Assembly: GCF_902459465.1 (NCBI RefSeq)
Contig: NC_047065.1
Span: forward strand, 4,154,001 to 4,218,000
DNA: 64,000 bases
From: Asterias rubens
Taxonomy: Eukaryota
Reading direction: 5' to 3'
A program made the position numbers and the translations under genes. How positions within the stretch are numbered: the stretch's first letter is position 1; each line of letters opens with the position of its first letter. Below are positions 1 to 12,945 of the stretch, piece by piece. The notes under the pieces were generated by a model, which had not been told where the DNA came from, searched no databases, and saw only the letters and a list, made by a program, of their open reading frames with translations.

Positions 1-236
1 TTCGAGACCTCAAATTTAGAATTTGAGGTCTCGAAATCAAGCATCAGAACAAACAAATTACCAATAGTGTCCAGTGTCTTTAAAGTACATGTACATGTAC
101 TTATTTAATATTTAATATTTACCATTTGTTGCTATTGGAGTTTATTTAGCATGGCACACCCTGTAGTCACTTCAGAATAATGTCTGCTGCCATCTCATGA
201 AATAACTTTGTGTTTGTGTTTCCCTTTATTCCCAAG

Positions 237-851
237 GATGCATTCAGCCTGCTAGCGTATTCTGATCCATGGAGTAGTCCTGTCGGTTACCAGTTAGATC
301 CGGTACTCAGAGAGCCTGTGTGTGCTGCCCTCAATAGTGCCATCTTAGGTAAGTCAGAACATAGGGTTGTCGGAACATAGGGGTGTCGGAACATAGGGGT
401 GTCGGAACATAGGGTTGTCGGAACATAGGGTTGTCGGAACATAGGGGTGTCGGAACATAGGGGTGTCGGAACATAGGGGTGTCAGAACATAGGGTTGTCA
501 GAACATAGGGTTGTCAGAACACAGGGTTGACAAAACATAGGGTTGACAGAACATCTATAGGGGTGTCAGAACATAGGGGTGTCAGAATATAGAGTTGTCA
601 GAACATAGGGTGTCAGAATATAGAGTATTCACAGACTGTTCTTTTCCCCCAAAATGGTACATGCACGCAGTTACGCATTCTTTGCTTCCTTTTTCCTTTT
701 TCTCTCTCCCGTTCCAACAGAATATCAGAATATGCCGAAGCACCCACTGTTGGAGTTGGCCATCGGACACACCATGGAGACCATGAAACTCATGTCCAAA
801 TATGGCCCCGGCTCATGTGCCTTCACCAGCGTACAAAGCTATATCCACTAA
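237..851 (+). CDS. RANBP9: Last two coding exons of a RanBP9/RanBP10 (CTLH/GID complex) orthologue, CRA domain C-terminus; join(237..348,721..851); 5' part lies before the window
   Basis: Translates [38 protein letters not shown]|[42 protein letters not shown], closely matching the recalled RANBP9/10 C-terminus. Canonical AG/GT boundaries, phase-1 intron. RANBP9 versus RANBP10 cannot be resolved. Confidence 0.93.
353..622 (+). repeat. 16-bp minisatellite (GAACATAGGGGTGTCG variants), about 16 copies, filling most of the last RANBP9/10 intron
   Basis: Tandem units read directly; degenerate towards the 3' end. Confidence 0.95.
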
Positions 852-1772
852 CAACACGCCGCTAGCTGGTACCCCGCCAAAGTACCCCGCTCAAAGTTTG
901 AGAAAGGAAATTCGTCATCCAACTCTTTTAAAAAAAGATTTTCAGTGGAGTTAATCTTTGAAGTGGAGAGGAATCTTTGAGAAAGTCAGGCCATTAACTA
1001 ATTTGTTTTGCAAAATTGAATGTACATAACATGCTGCCTCTAACAGGCTGGATATAGGACTTAGGAGCAAAAATTATGCAGTGCCAGAGGCCAGAGTATA
1101 GGGGTAAGAGTAGGAGGGTTAACTATCTCACCATGATATTGTGCTTTTCACTTTTGCCTTTTAATACCTGTCTGGCTGCAAAGTTCCTTTAAAATTTATC
1201 ATTTGGGATTGTTTTAGAAACAGTGTGCACAACAAATTATTGAACAACTGCCACATCGATTGTTTGATGTCCCAAGTGCAAAGGATTATTTTTGTTTTTA
1301 ATTTTTAAAGTTTCAAATTGGGTATTGCTTGTTCGTCAATGACACCAAGACTGTCATGAGATTGCGTCTATTTGTGATAAGTAGAACTCTCAATACATAA
1401 TTATCATAGTCTAAAGTCGACCAACTTATCAGGCAACAATACATAATTTTTGAACGCACAAAATATGCTTCTTGCGTAAATACTTCGGGTGGAATGCAGG
1501 AGTTTGGTCGGTGAATGATTTGGCTACATAGACAAATGCGTGAACTTGAACCTCTCTCCAAGTGGTCTTGCTGGCTTGTTTCTGAATGTACGCGTAAAAC
1601 ACTGTAGCTGCAAATTAGATTTCCCATCCAAGTCACACTGTTAGGGCCTATAAACACAAGAGGTCAACAAGTGAACAAGCTGGGGAATTTACTGAAATGA
1701 AAAGCCAATGGTTCTGCTGTCCCATCGCTGAAAATGTTGAGGGCAAAACCTGTTATTCCACACTATCTTTGG

Positions 1773-2085
1773 GGGGATGGTTGGCTTGTGCGTAAAGTGC
1801 TCCCCTCTCACTAAGGTGACCCTGGTTCGATACCTTGCCAGGGCCATAATGTGAGTTGAGTTGTGTGTTGGATCTCTGCTGTGCCAAAAGGGTTTTCCAG
1901 ACATCCGGTTTTCCTCCCTCGGGATCTCTGGCTGTGCTCCGTGGTCATAATGGGTTGATGTGGCTGGCTGCCAAAGGCGCCCTTGCATGTTTGCTTCTTG
2001 AACAAGTTGTAGCCGCATCCTTTCGCAATTCAGCTCTTAGCTGTGAGTTAGGATGATTAGCCTCCCAAATTAATATAATATAATT
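1773..2085 (+). mobile_element. tRNA-derived SINE copy
   Basis: A-box-like TGGCTTGTGCGT and B-box GGTTCGATACC followed by a SINE-like body and AT-rich tail. Confidence 0.6.
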
Positions 2086-3303
2086 AATATAAATTTGATG
2101 TAAGCACAAACAGTTTCAGGCCCTGTCATACATGTTTATTCCTCACATCACTTTGTCATATTCCTTGTTGACTTTCCCTCTCCCATTATCTTTCAAAGAA
2201 ACAAATTTTCCATTGTAGAGTGACTTTTCTTGTTTTACTGCAAGCTTTTTCTTGAAAGCTTAAAAGCTGCATCCCCAAACACAAATGTCCCAACCCGACC
2301 AGTTACCCTTGAAACAAAATCTCAGACTAAGCTTACTCAAGTAATTTCTCCAAATTAAGTCAAAATGCTGTCCCCCTTAACACATTATTGAGTTAGAACC
2401 CTTAATGGCTGCTTTGTGGCATTTTGTTTGATACGTTATTTTGATCATGTTTTTGCTTTTTTGGTATTCCCAATCAATGATATTGACAAAATAGACCAAC
2501 ATAGGGCTAGATAGCTTAGTTGTTAGATGGCAATACTAACTTAAAGATAACCCATTTAGTCGTGTGACTCCATTGCCATCCAAAAATAATGTCAGGATGT
2601 TGCATTTACTTTTAATCAGTAATTTACGGCAGTTCTGTTGGAGTAGGTGTAGATACAAATAAAAAAAAAAGACATTAACCACAGACCTCCGCTGTATAAA
2701 TGTTTTGCAGTACCTAGACTTGGTTGGTTGTTATCGACTGCGAATCCACCTTGTCACTTTTAACACCCAAAGCTGTAATTTGACTGTGTCCTAGATGTTA
2801 AAAACCCCCAAAAGATGCCAAGAATAAAACGTTCCCATTTCGTGCCATTCTGTGTAAAAATTTACGAGTATAAATAAGTACAGAGTTAACAGTTGTGCAT
2901 TCTTTTTGAACATTTCAAGCTGGGGAGGAAAGACACTACTAAAGTCCAAACATTTAGATTTTATTTGCAGCAACGCGCAGAGGACATTTAATGGTGGTTC
3001 CTTCCTTCATACCGTGGAGAGACCAAATAATGTACGATTTATTTTTGTTTATTTTTATTTATTTTTTAATCAAAAAATACTTTCATAAGTTTTTCAATTT
3101 GTTTCCCATGGAGTTCTTCAAAAGTCAGAAGGCCCTTATTATTAGGTTGCAAAAGCATGGTGCATATTACTGCACAAAGTTGGCGTATCCAAAATGGCGA
3201 CTGTTCCTAATGATGTCCTATACTTTTATACGCACTGACTTGGAAATCTTGCTGTAGCCATAGCCCTAGCCTTAGCCACAAATTCGGACAGGGCCTTAGA
3301 CCT

Positions 3304-3602
3304 CAACCTCGCTACCATGGGCAGCGCGTCGTATCACGCCAGCTCCGCGTACGTCTCTAACCCCTGGGAGCGAAAGTCCGATCAACACCGAACGCCAAGG
3401 CAAGTTTATGACTTTTATTACACACAGCGCATCCAGCGCGTGCGCGACTAACGCCCAACACAGAACGAATCAACCACAGGACTAATTGTAATATCCCTTA
3501 TATTTGGATATTTTGGAGTTACACTTCCAGGGGTTATGATCGAGCAAGGCATGCTGGGAAAAAATGGCGCGGCGAGATCGATCACCCCTGGGAACGAGGT
3601 TG
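3304..3602. mobile_element. MITE with CAACCTCG termini and 9-bp target-site duplication (Mutator-like by TSD length)
   Basis: TIRs CAACCTCGCTACCATGGG / CCCTGGGAACGAGGTTG; CTTAGACCT repeated at 3295-3303 and 3603-3611. Confidence 0.75.
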
Positions 3603-4901
3603 CTTAGACCTCTATCATGCTGCCACCATCTTGGTAATGTTCCCTGTATCCAGTAACAGTAATGGATTCAAATGTTCATTTAAAAAAAAAAACTATAAAA
3701 AAAACTTTAAAAAACAGACTACTTCTCCTACCCCCCCCCCCCCCCCATCCAATTTGGGAAATGCATATCCCACTTGGTTAAGATTAGCGCTGCGATCACA
3801 ATCGGACTGTACAAGTTTGTGATGCATTTAATAGAAATGCTGAATTTTACAATTAGAAAAACCCAAAACCAAAAATGCAATTGAGTTTTTGTTAAACCCT
3901 GCTTTATTTAAGATCAATTGAAATAATGAGAATTCATTTTTTTGTTATTTGTATATTTATAAATTTCTGAGTAGACTAGATCTTTTAAATTAATTCTTTG
4001 ACATACAAGTATACTATGTACAGATGTATGTGATGAGTACAATTCTATCCCACTTTGATAACACAATGACTTCATAATGCACTTTCAACTCATATCAATT
4101 TCTTTATTGTGAATTTTACTCTACCAACAGCAACCACTATCCCCAGCAGATATTTTATAAACTAAAAAAAGATCATCCTGATGTATTACTTTTCTGTGTT
4201 TATTGTTTTGCTGTGAATGTTGTTTAAATAGTGATTAAAAATACAAATTCTTTGTTGTGCTGTTCATTGCCAAGATGTCGGCAGAAAACTTTTAAAGGTA
4301 ATTAAAAATAAAACATAAATAACGGAAATTAACATTTTATTGTAGGAGTATGAGTTTCTTGAAAATGTTACATTGATATTTTTTTTATTTTGGATTGATG
4401 TCAAGAGCCAGTAGAGAGCCTTTCTAAACTCTGTCGTAAATGTTCCATTATTGGGAGGTTTTATTTATCCGGTTTGTAAGTGTGAAGTAATTCACTGTAA
4501 GTCACGCCCACTTTGCACAAACTGGCTCTGCTGATTCCCAGAAACCCGACAAAAGCTTTAAAAATTTGGACTTGGTTTTTACAAATTCTTCAAAAATATT
4601 AAGGACTAAGGTCTACTCAGAATTAAAGGGTGAGCGAATTAAAGACACTGGACACTTGTTTATGACTCAAAATAATTTTTAGCATAAAAACTTCCTTGGT
4701 AACGAGCAATGGAGAGCTGTTGATAGTATAAAACATTGTGAGAAACGGCTCCCTCTGAAGTAATATAGTTTTTGAGAATGAAGATTTTGGATTTTCAATT
4801 CTCATATATTGTGATGACCTGACAAGTTGCGCCCCACTGTCTCTATCAAGCAAAGAGCTAGAGATAGCAGGGGCCGATTTCACAAACAGCAAAGATTGAT
4901 C

Positions 4902-5247
4902 TTAAAGGTACACGTTGCTTTGATCGGTTGAAAAATGTTTGGAAGCGTTTGTTATGAAATGCATATGGTTAGATAGATAATTTAAAAGTAAAACATAATA
5001 ATCTACACAAACATCCCTTAAAATTGTACGGTTTTCCTTTTTACGGTAAAAATTTTGACTCCATAAAATGGCCGACCGTGTTAGTTCACAACGGATAAGA
5101 AAAACCGTGCAATTTTGAGACATGTTTGTGTGGATCATTATATTCTACTTCTAAATTTTCTATTTAAACATATGCATTTTATTACAAACATGTTTCAAAC
5201 GCTTTTTAAAGACGAACTCGCCCGATCCAAGGCAACATGTCTTTTAA
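4902..5247. mobile_element. TTAA-flanked (Kolobok-like) MITE nested inside a GGGGCCGATTTCACAAA-terminated element (about 4869-5346); related copy at about 52766-53129
   Basis: TTAA-AGGTACACGTTGCTTTGATCGG ... CCGATCCAAGGCAACATGTCTT-TTAA inverted ends; outer termini on both sides. Confidence 0.7.
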
Positions 5248-6270
5248 ACTGCAAATCAATCATAGTTGGTGAAGTGTGATGCCACAATACAAATCACTGA
5301 CAATTTGTCTTTCCATGGATTTTATTGCTTTGTGAAACCGGCCCCTAGACCGCGAAGACAAATGTCGACCTTGTTCATGCTCGCATAAGTTTGTTTAGTG
5401 ACAATACGAAGAGCTTGCGCACGCAGGTTGTTGTGCGAACGACTCTACTCATGTTCTATCAATGCGACCAGCGACTTTTGCGCACGTTATTCATTTTCTT
5501 GTAATTATATTGGTCCATTCTTCACTGTGCTATGAAAACGGCTATTCATCACCAGCGATGCGACCAAACCCAGTAGGCTGGTTCCAAATGGTCGACTAGC
5601 GTAGACCAACTATCGTCGACTAGACAGAGTTCGGGCACTTAGCGGAACTATGGTCATCGATAGTCCTTGCGCGAACTTGACCCTTGATGAAAGATTTCAA
5701 TATCATATTGGGGCACCCTCTTTGATGGATGTACCCTTATTATAAAATGATGTTGTTTTGAACAATGCAGAACTTGACCCTCTCTTATTACACTTTCTTC
5801 AAAAATATGTTCGCGGTTGTACCTATTGGCACTGGACGTTATGAAAGTATCTCTATGGTTGAGATACGTTATTAATTCAGTTCCTAGACAGCATGTTCCT
5901 GTTGATTTTCCAGACCCAATTTCACAGAGTTGTGAATTATGCAAATTTGGTAGCAAGAGAAACCTTATTAATTAAAATAGGACTTTTTACTTGTTCAAAA
6001 CCAAATTACTTTTAAAATGACCCAGTCAGTTTTCCTTGTGGTTTATTACTTGATACTTGAAAGAAAGTGCTGTCGCAGGTTGCATCTGGACAGCATGATG
6101 TTCATGTGCAGTGGTTTCTGACTTGCACCCCTGAACAAAGATACTGACAAAATAAGGAGACCGCCAATATAGACTGTTACCATTCAAATACCTGTCCCAC
6201 AACATGGCGTTTGTGAGCGTGTGCCATATAACAGGAACGCTGCGTGCTTCATTGATGTAGTAGGCCTTTA

Positions 6271-6376
6271 AGGCCCGGTCCCACTGCAGCGATAACGAGA
6301 ACGATAACGATCACGACGCAAAGAGAGCGCGTTCTATTGGCGTCGTTATCGTTATCGCTGCAGTGGGACCGGGCCT
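6271..6376. mobile_element. PIF/Harbinger-like MITE (AGGCCCGGTCCCACTGCAG TIR, TTA TSD); further copies about 7213-7379, 7819-7978, 33971-34118
   Basis: Near-perfect foldback; TTA on both sides at 6268-6270/6377-6379 and 7816-7818/7979-7981. Confidence 0.8.
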
Positions 6377-8745
6377 TTAGACGCGCATCCGGCTTATCTA
6401 CATTATGGCCACTTTCATAGCAACAAAGGGGTTATTTTATACGGTCTATAGGGTTAACTGGCCGCAGTTGGCAGAGCGCTGGCATATTTTGTCCAGAGTA
6501 CTCCGTCTCAGGCTCAAATCCCGCTGAAGTCATTTGTCTTTTTCAACCCAAACTAATTAGAAAAAGAGTGCACTTTGCGTGCAACTGGCTCTTTTAATGT
6601 TTGCTTTAGAAATCAATTGTCAAAAGTGGGCCCCATTTCAGTGATACCCAAACTTGTGAGCGCCAAAGGATTTCAACAAGTTTCTACAAAAACATGTTGG
6701 AAAGATCGATTCATTGTACATACGTATTATTATTAAAAAGTTGTGAATAAACAGTGTAAATTATCAAAATGATTTCTTCTTTGCTTATAAATAATGGTCA
6801 ACACTTGCATTGAACAGCGCAAAACAGATTTGTATGAGTTGAAAGGTATCAGCATTAATTGCACAGAGACAAAAAAGTATAAGTTCCCATTCTTAGCGAC
6901 TTCTTTTTTTGGTTATTGATTGTAGAGGTGGGAAAAACAAATTTAAAAATAAAGTAGAAGTTTTGTCTATTTATTCCCAGACTTTTTAAGAAAAGGATAA
7001 TGTGATTTTTTGAGAAATATGTAGTGTATACATGGATTTATAAAACATGTATTATTGATGATGAATAAATGAAATAATAAATGCTGCTCATGTGCAGATG
7101 AAAATAAAGTTGGTGTTGTAAGATGGTTTACTTGTTACCCCCAGGAATGTTTAGAGGTGCTACTGGCTGCATGTTAGTGTACTTTGTAGGGCACTGGGTG
7201 TAGGACCAGAGTAAAGGCCAAGTCACTCTGCAGTGATAACGAAAACACTATCGATCCAACACAAAGGGAATGCATTATATTGGTTGAAATGCTCCACGCA
7301 GAATACGCCTATGCTTATTCAACCAATCGAGGGCGCTCGTTGTCATTCTCATTATTGAGGCCTGTGTGACCGGGCCATAAGGGTTCAAATCCAGGGGCCG
7401 ATTTCACAAAGAGCTAAGATTGATCTTAATGTGTTACTAGAATGATATTTTAGACAGCAACACCTTGCAGACATTTCCCCTCGGTCCCGGTTTTGCCTCA
7501 ATTGGGAAAATATCATGCTCCGGGATCTCAACAAAAATTATGCTAACCATAATAAGGTTATCATCTAAAGTATATATATGTCACATGCTCAAGTTGTGAC
7601 TTGTATCCTGCTCATTTCTGCTTCTGTTTGACCCAGTTCTCCAACTTGCAAGCCTCTGAAGGGATAAATTTTCACACTTGGAACCAGACTTCACTATGAG
7701 ATGACTTTATTCTATACGATGTTAAACAACGATTGAAAATCATTTACAAGAAATGCACAGAGTCATCCAGTTTTTATACATAAAGAGACTCAAGAAAACA
7801 GTTGTAAAGCTTGGTTTAAGGCCGAGTCACACTGCAGCGATAACGACACACAGAGAACGCATTGAATTGGTTGAATTGCTCTACGCAGAATACGCACACG
7901 CTCATTCAACCAATAGAATGCGTTCTCTTTGCGTCGTTATCGTGAACGTTCTCAGTACCACTGCAGTGGGACCGGGCCTTTATACTTCACGCTAGCGCAA
8001 AGCGATTTTGATGTGGTCGTGCCTATGCAGCTTCTTCGCTACAAAAAAAAAATGCTTCGCATTTGCGTAAAACCCAGACTGAAAGAATGTACTTGAATCT
8101 GGCTCTCGAAAACAATATTTCTGACAATCAAAAAACTGTACATACATCGTTGTTGTATTTCTGTACAAATATGAACAATAAAATAAATATGTTTACTACG
8201 TTACACCTCTGAATTGAAATGGATGAGTGACGTACTTTTCCATTGATATAACCGACGGGAACCGTCCTTACTGTTCTCCTCCCTATAGGAGTGTACAGTA
8301 CTTCTCCCTCTCAGTTTTGTGTAAGATTTAGGCAATTTTAAATAGTAATGTAATGTTTTACTCCAAATTATTTAACTATGTAACTGTTCATGTAATTCTG
8401 CTGCTGGCAGCGAATTGAATAGAATTTTAATAAACCATTGTAATAATAATAATTACTTGGCGCTTACTTCTCTTCACAAGGTACGAATTAGACCCTAAGA
8501 AATTTATGTACAAATCAAGGCATGATATTTTGGTCCATGGGGGAAAAAACATAGGAAAATGTTAGTGTAAGGAAAAGGAATGGTCTTTATGTACATGGTG
8601 TAGACTCTTAAGAAATTGTAAAGCCTCGATACTTTAGAAGCTTTTAAATTTTGAGCACTTAAAGCTCTTTTGTTCCAACCTTGCCTTCTTTAAAACTCAG
8701 GCGTCTGTCAGAAGTTTGTCCAGCAGATCAGCAAATTTGGCTAGT

Positions 8746-8929
8746 NNNNNNNNNNNNNNNNNNNNNNNNNNNNNNNNNNNNNNNNNNNNNNNNNNNNNNN
8801 NNNNNNNNNNNNNNNNNNNNNNNNNNNNNNNNNNNNNNNNNNNNNNNNNNNNNNNNNNNNNNNNNNNNNNNNNNNNNNNNNNNNNNNNNNNNNNNNNNNN
8901 NNNNNNNNNNNNNNNNNNNNNNNNNNNNN
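8746..8929. other. Assembly gap (N run)
   Basis: Run of n characters. Confidence 1.
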
Positions 8930-9241
8930 AAATTGCCAAAGGATACAACAGTGTTTAGAACATTTTCAATTTAAGCACTTCAAATTCCTTTTTGCCAACT
9001 ACACCTTCTGTTAAGGACTTCTGCATCTGTCAGAAATTTATCCAGCAGATCAGCAAATTTGGCCAGTCTGTTGATTTCTGTAAACCCTTTTACAGCGGAT
9101 AGTAGAAGCCTCGGCCTCTTAAAATATCTCTGTCAAATTTACAGTGTCAATTATCAATTATGATTATGATCTCTAGAAATAAAACACTTTTAATGTTTGC
9201 TCAAGAATGTCTGTACAGCCCTTCTCTGTTGCGGCATTATT

Positions 9242-12200
9242 TTATTTGTCCCTTCTTTTGGCATCAGCCTCGTATTTTTCGTGGAGTGTTTTCCTGAAAG
9301 CCGCCGGGTTCTCCCACAGTTGAGCTGCAGACAGATTCAGGGGACTGTCGTTGTTCGGCTCTGAATAAATACAAAAAGTAAATCGATACATTCAAATTAA
9401 ATCATAGTAGCCAAGAACCCAATGGAAAGAAGACAGGGAAGGAACTTTTAATATTCTTAGATATATGGGAGGAAAACTCCAGAGAATCATTCTAGGGAAA
9501 CCCACACGATCAGGGGCCAATTTCATAGAGCTGCTTAAGCAAAAAAATTTGCTTAAGCACGAAAATAGCTTGCTTATTTTACACATGTTACTTGCAACAA
9601 TTTCATGCCACATACATTGCTTGTGACTGGTATTTTGCTATTGTTTATAACAATTGAGTGGAGTCTAAGCTGGTAATCTGATTTTACGAAGCAACTTAAG
9701 CAAATTTTTTTATTAAGCAGCTCTATGAAATTGGGCCCTGGTAGGGACTGACTGCCCAATCCACACAGTGCCCCAGGCGATATCATAATCGTGGCTCTAG
9801 AGGTGAAAGATGAGGAAAGATACAACTACGCCAACCNNNNNNNNNNNNNNNNNNNNNNNNNNNNNNNNNNNNNNNNNNNNNNNNNNNNNNNNNNNNNNNN
9901 NNNNNNNNNNNNNNNNNNNNNNNNNNNNNNNNNNNNNNNNNNNNNNNNNNNNNNNNNNNNNNNNNNNNNNNNNNNNNNNNNNNNNNNNNNNNNNNNNNNN
10001 NNNNNNNNNNNNNNNNNNNNNNNNNNNNNNNNNNNNNNNNNNNNNNNNNNNNNNNNNNNNNNNNNNNNNNNNNNNNNNNNNNNNNNNNNNNNNNNNNNNN
10101 NNNNCAATTCATCAAAGATGGTGGTCAATGACCTCTATTAAAATCCATCTACAGGGCTACCACTACGCCAACCCCGCAGCTCTTTAAAATAGCGTCATGA
10201 TGAAACTTGAACTTTAAACCTTAAAAAAAACCCACAAGTTTCCCTCAATCTCAAGAATGCTCTTTTTATGACAAATTTGAGGACCTGGAATTATCATCTC
10301 ACCTGCTAAGAGACCCTGAATGGAGAGGAGTATTGACCTGACGTCGTAAGACGGTAACCACTGCTCCTTCAAGATGTCCAGACAGATGTTGCCGTCTGTG
10401 TCCACGTTGGGATGGAAACATGGGGTGATGAATTTGACTTTGGGGGCTGTGAAGGAATAGTTTGCTGGAAAGGTCATTGACAGCTTGTAGTGCATCCCTT
10501 CATACATCTGTTTAGTATAAAGAAAAAGGTTTTTATTTTTCATTTTTGAATAAGCACCAAGGCCAAGACAAGTGTAAGAGAGGCCATTACCTCTATGTCA
10601 GCCCACCAGGCCTTGAAACTTTACTTTTTCCTTGCTCAGGGATGAGAGTCATTGCTCCCAAAAAGGTCTGAAACTACACATGTAGGATACAAATTCTGCT
10701 GATGTATGTTGAAATTATGGCTTTTCCACCTTAATGATAACCCCTTGAGTCATAGATTCCAATAAACTTTTAAGAACAGTGTTCTCAGCACTAGAGAAGT
10801 AGATCAAAGAGCAGGATTTTGTTAAATTATGGAAAAAGTGACGGCTGATTTTCTTCACCAGGCTGGCTTAAAAAGTCTGAATTCAGATAAAAGTCTGACA
10901 AATCTAATCCCTGCTTTTTTCAAATGGAGTTCTCTCTTAAAATACTTACAGAGTCTGTGCTTCCCTCTACTGACGCCTTCCAGAGGAAGATGTTATCACC
11001 ATCTGGAAATGCTGAAATGCCTTTGGGTGGATTCATCTAAAAAAAAATAGCACAATACATTTTTTTTTAAACTTTCAACTGGTTGAGATGAGAGTCATTG
11101 CTGACAAAAAAGTCTAACCTGGTAACTGAGGCACTGTACTATAATAATATTACTGAGTCTAAACTGAAAGTATTAGGCCGAGTAAAAACAACATGTTTCA
11201 CGTCTGGGTTTTTCAAAAAAAGGAGGAAGAGGGGCTTTTTAATGTTTATTTTTTATTTTAAGATGGCCGCCATTCTTTGTTAAAATGTCAAATATCCATT
11301 GTTTTTTCTACTGCTGAAATACACAAAACATTAATCAAACAATTTAGTAGAGGCATTCAGACAAGACATTCAGATTGTTTTTACTGAGATCAATTAAAAT
11401 AACCTTATTTAAAAAAAAAAAAGAAAAAAGGAGGCGGCCTGTAAAAAGGAAGCGGACGGGGACGCTAAACATGAATTCTTTTTTTACTTGGCCTTAAAGA
11501 AAGGTCTGTTGGCGTTTCCACCTTTAGGTTCTGGAGTTAAATAGATTTTAAAGTTCTGGAAACAGTATCTCCAGTACTAGAGAAGTAGACCAAAGACTCT
11601 AGATATCCTAATTTCTGAAGAAAATAACAGAGCCTACTTTTTAAAATTTAATTTTCAAGTTGGCTTGTTTTGGAGCACAAATAAGATAGTGTTAACAATG
11701 CTGTTATAACACTGTATATTTGTGTGTTCTACTATTAACACAGTGGAGCATAAATAATGCGTGCTGAAATTAGTGTTATTAACTGTTATTGTGTTGGCAG
11801 GAAGTTATTGGATGGACGATAAACCCAACAGTGCTTTTTCAGCATTTGGACTTTATTTGCCAAAAGCAAAGTCCAAAATGTTAAAATAACGCTGTACTTG
11901 GGTCCAGCATTGGTCCAGTAAATTCGGACATCATCTTACCATAAGTTCCATTAATTCTTGGTGGAGCCTGAAACAAAAAAAAAAGGAAATTATTATACAA
12001 TTAAATACAATCCCACAATGTAACTAACTGAGTACTGGCAAGACTGGCCACAGCACAGTGGTAAAAAATCTACTGATTTTTTAAAATCCTAAAGTAAAAC
12101 TAAAGTAAACAAAAAAGACAATTGAAAAGTATTTTTAAGGCACATTTCGATTGTTTAGACAAATATATTTGTTAACTAAGGCAAATGACATACATGTAGT

Positions 12201-12945
12201 ATCAATTATTTTGCAGTTTGGTATAAACTTGAAATCAGACAACAAAGCAGACAAACAAAATAAAAGTAAATTAGACAAAAGTATTTTTTATAAAAAGATA
12301 CACCAATTATTTGGTAGAAAAACAATTGAACTTTTTCCAACACTAGAAACAAATCACACAAACAAAAGTGAAGACAAAGGACTTTGAAAGATATTTTTTG
12401 ATTGTTTGGTTGAATAACAATTGAATGAATTAGATCTTATTCTTTTCCAATCCTAGAACTTTAGAAGAATAGAATTTAGAAACAAACAGACTTAAAAATA
12501 AGTCAAGACAAAGGTTATTTTTATTATAAGGCACATGATCAATTGTTTGGTAGAAAAACATATGGATAACTTTCCGTATGGCGCCACCACTTTTTCACTC
12601 ATTTTTACAAAAAGGAATATCTCATTGAGGTAAATAAGATACTATATTATTTCATATCGAATGAAAAAGTGGTGGCGCCATACGGAAACTTTTCCAAACA
12701 TATTATGCATTTCCCAGTCCTAAAAAAACAAAGCATTAAAACAAAAGTCGAGACCAACACCAAAGTAAAGCCGAAGCCTTGTTGAATTGAAGGCAAAAAA
12801 GCCAAAAGAAAATCCAAAGAATGTTTAAAATATACCTCTTTGTGACTTTGTGACTGTCTCCCTTTTCGACAGCAGGTTTTGACGATTCCTTCCGCCTATT
12901 GCCGGTTGGAACCGACGTCATAGGATCCACATTCTGTGATGCCAT
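9242..12945 (-). CDS. UBE2C: Ubiquitin-conjugating enzyme E2 C; complement(join(9242..9360,10303..10507,10950..11036,11940..11967,12836..12945)), 182 aa
   Basis: MASQNVDP...[11 protein letters not shown]|[19 protein letters not shown]...|MYEGMHYKL...[20 protein letters not shown]...|[18 protein letters not shown]...*. UBE2C-type N-terminal extension, HPN motif and catalytic Cys intact; 549 nt, all introns GT-AG and in phase. Confidence 0.95.
9513..9738. mobile_element. MITE with GGGCCAATTTCATAGAGCTGCTTAAGC termini; related copies about 27865-28050, 36608-37600, 61945-62150, 62870-63277
   Basis: Inverted termini read directly; the same termini recur through the window. Confidence 0.7.
9837..10104. 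other. Assembly gap (N run) inside the last UBE2C intron
   Basis: Run of n characters; flanking exons join in frame, so no coding exon appears to be missing. Confidence 1.
11176..11493. mobile_element. Harbinger-like MITE (GGCCGAGTAAAAA / TTTTTACTTGGCC, TTA TSD) in UBE2C intron 2
   Basis: TTA at 11173-11175 and 11494-11496 flanking inverted ends. Confidence 0.7.
12564..12695. mobile_element. About 132-bp MITE, GG-initiated TIRs, 8-bp TSD (Merlin-like candidate), UBE2C intron 1
   Basis: TIR GGATAACTTTCCGTATGGCGCCACCACTTTTTCA; AAACATAT at 12556-12563 and 12696-12703. Confidence 0.85.

Noticed and set aside
1313-1657. 114-aa minus-strand ORF
   Set aside because: No recognisable domain or supporting splice structure; length is within chance range.
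5654-5956. 100-aa minus-strand ORF
   Set aside because: No recognisable motif; lies among repeat fragments.
8681-10187. ORFs spanning the N runs
   Set aside because: Artefacts of translating assembly gaps.
10740-11620. Duplicated intronic blocks in UBE2C as alternative coding exons
   Set aside because: One copy has an in-frame stop, the other lacks an acceptor, and there is no similarity to E2 sequence.
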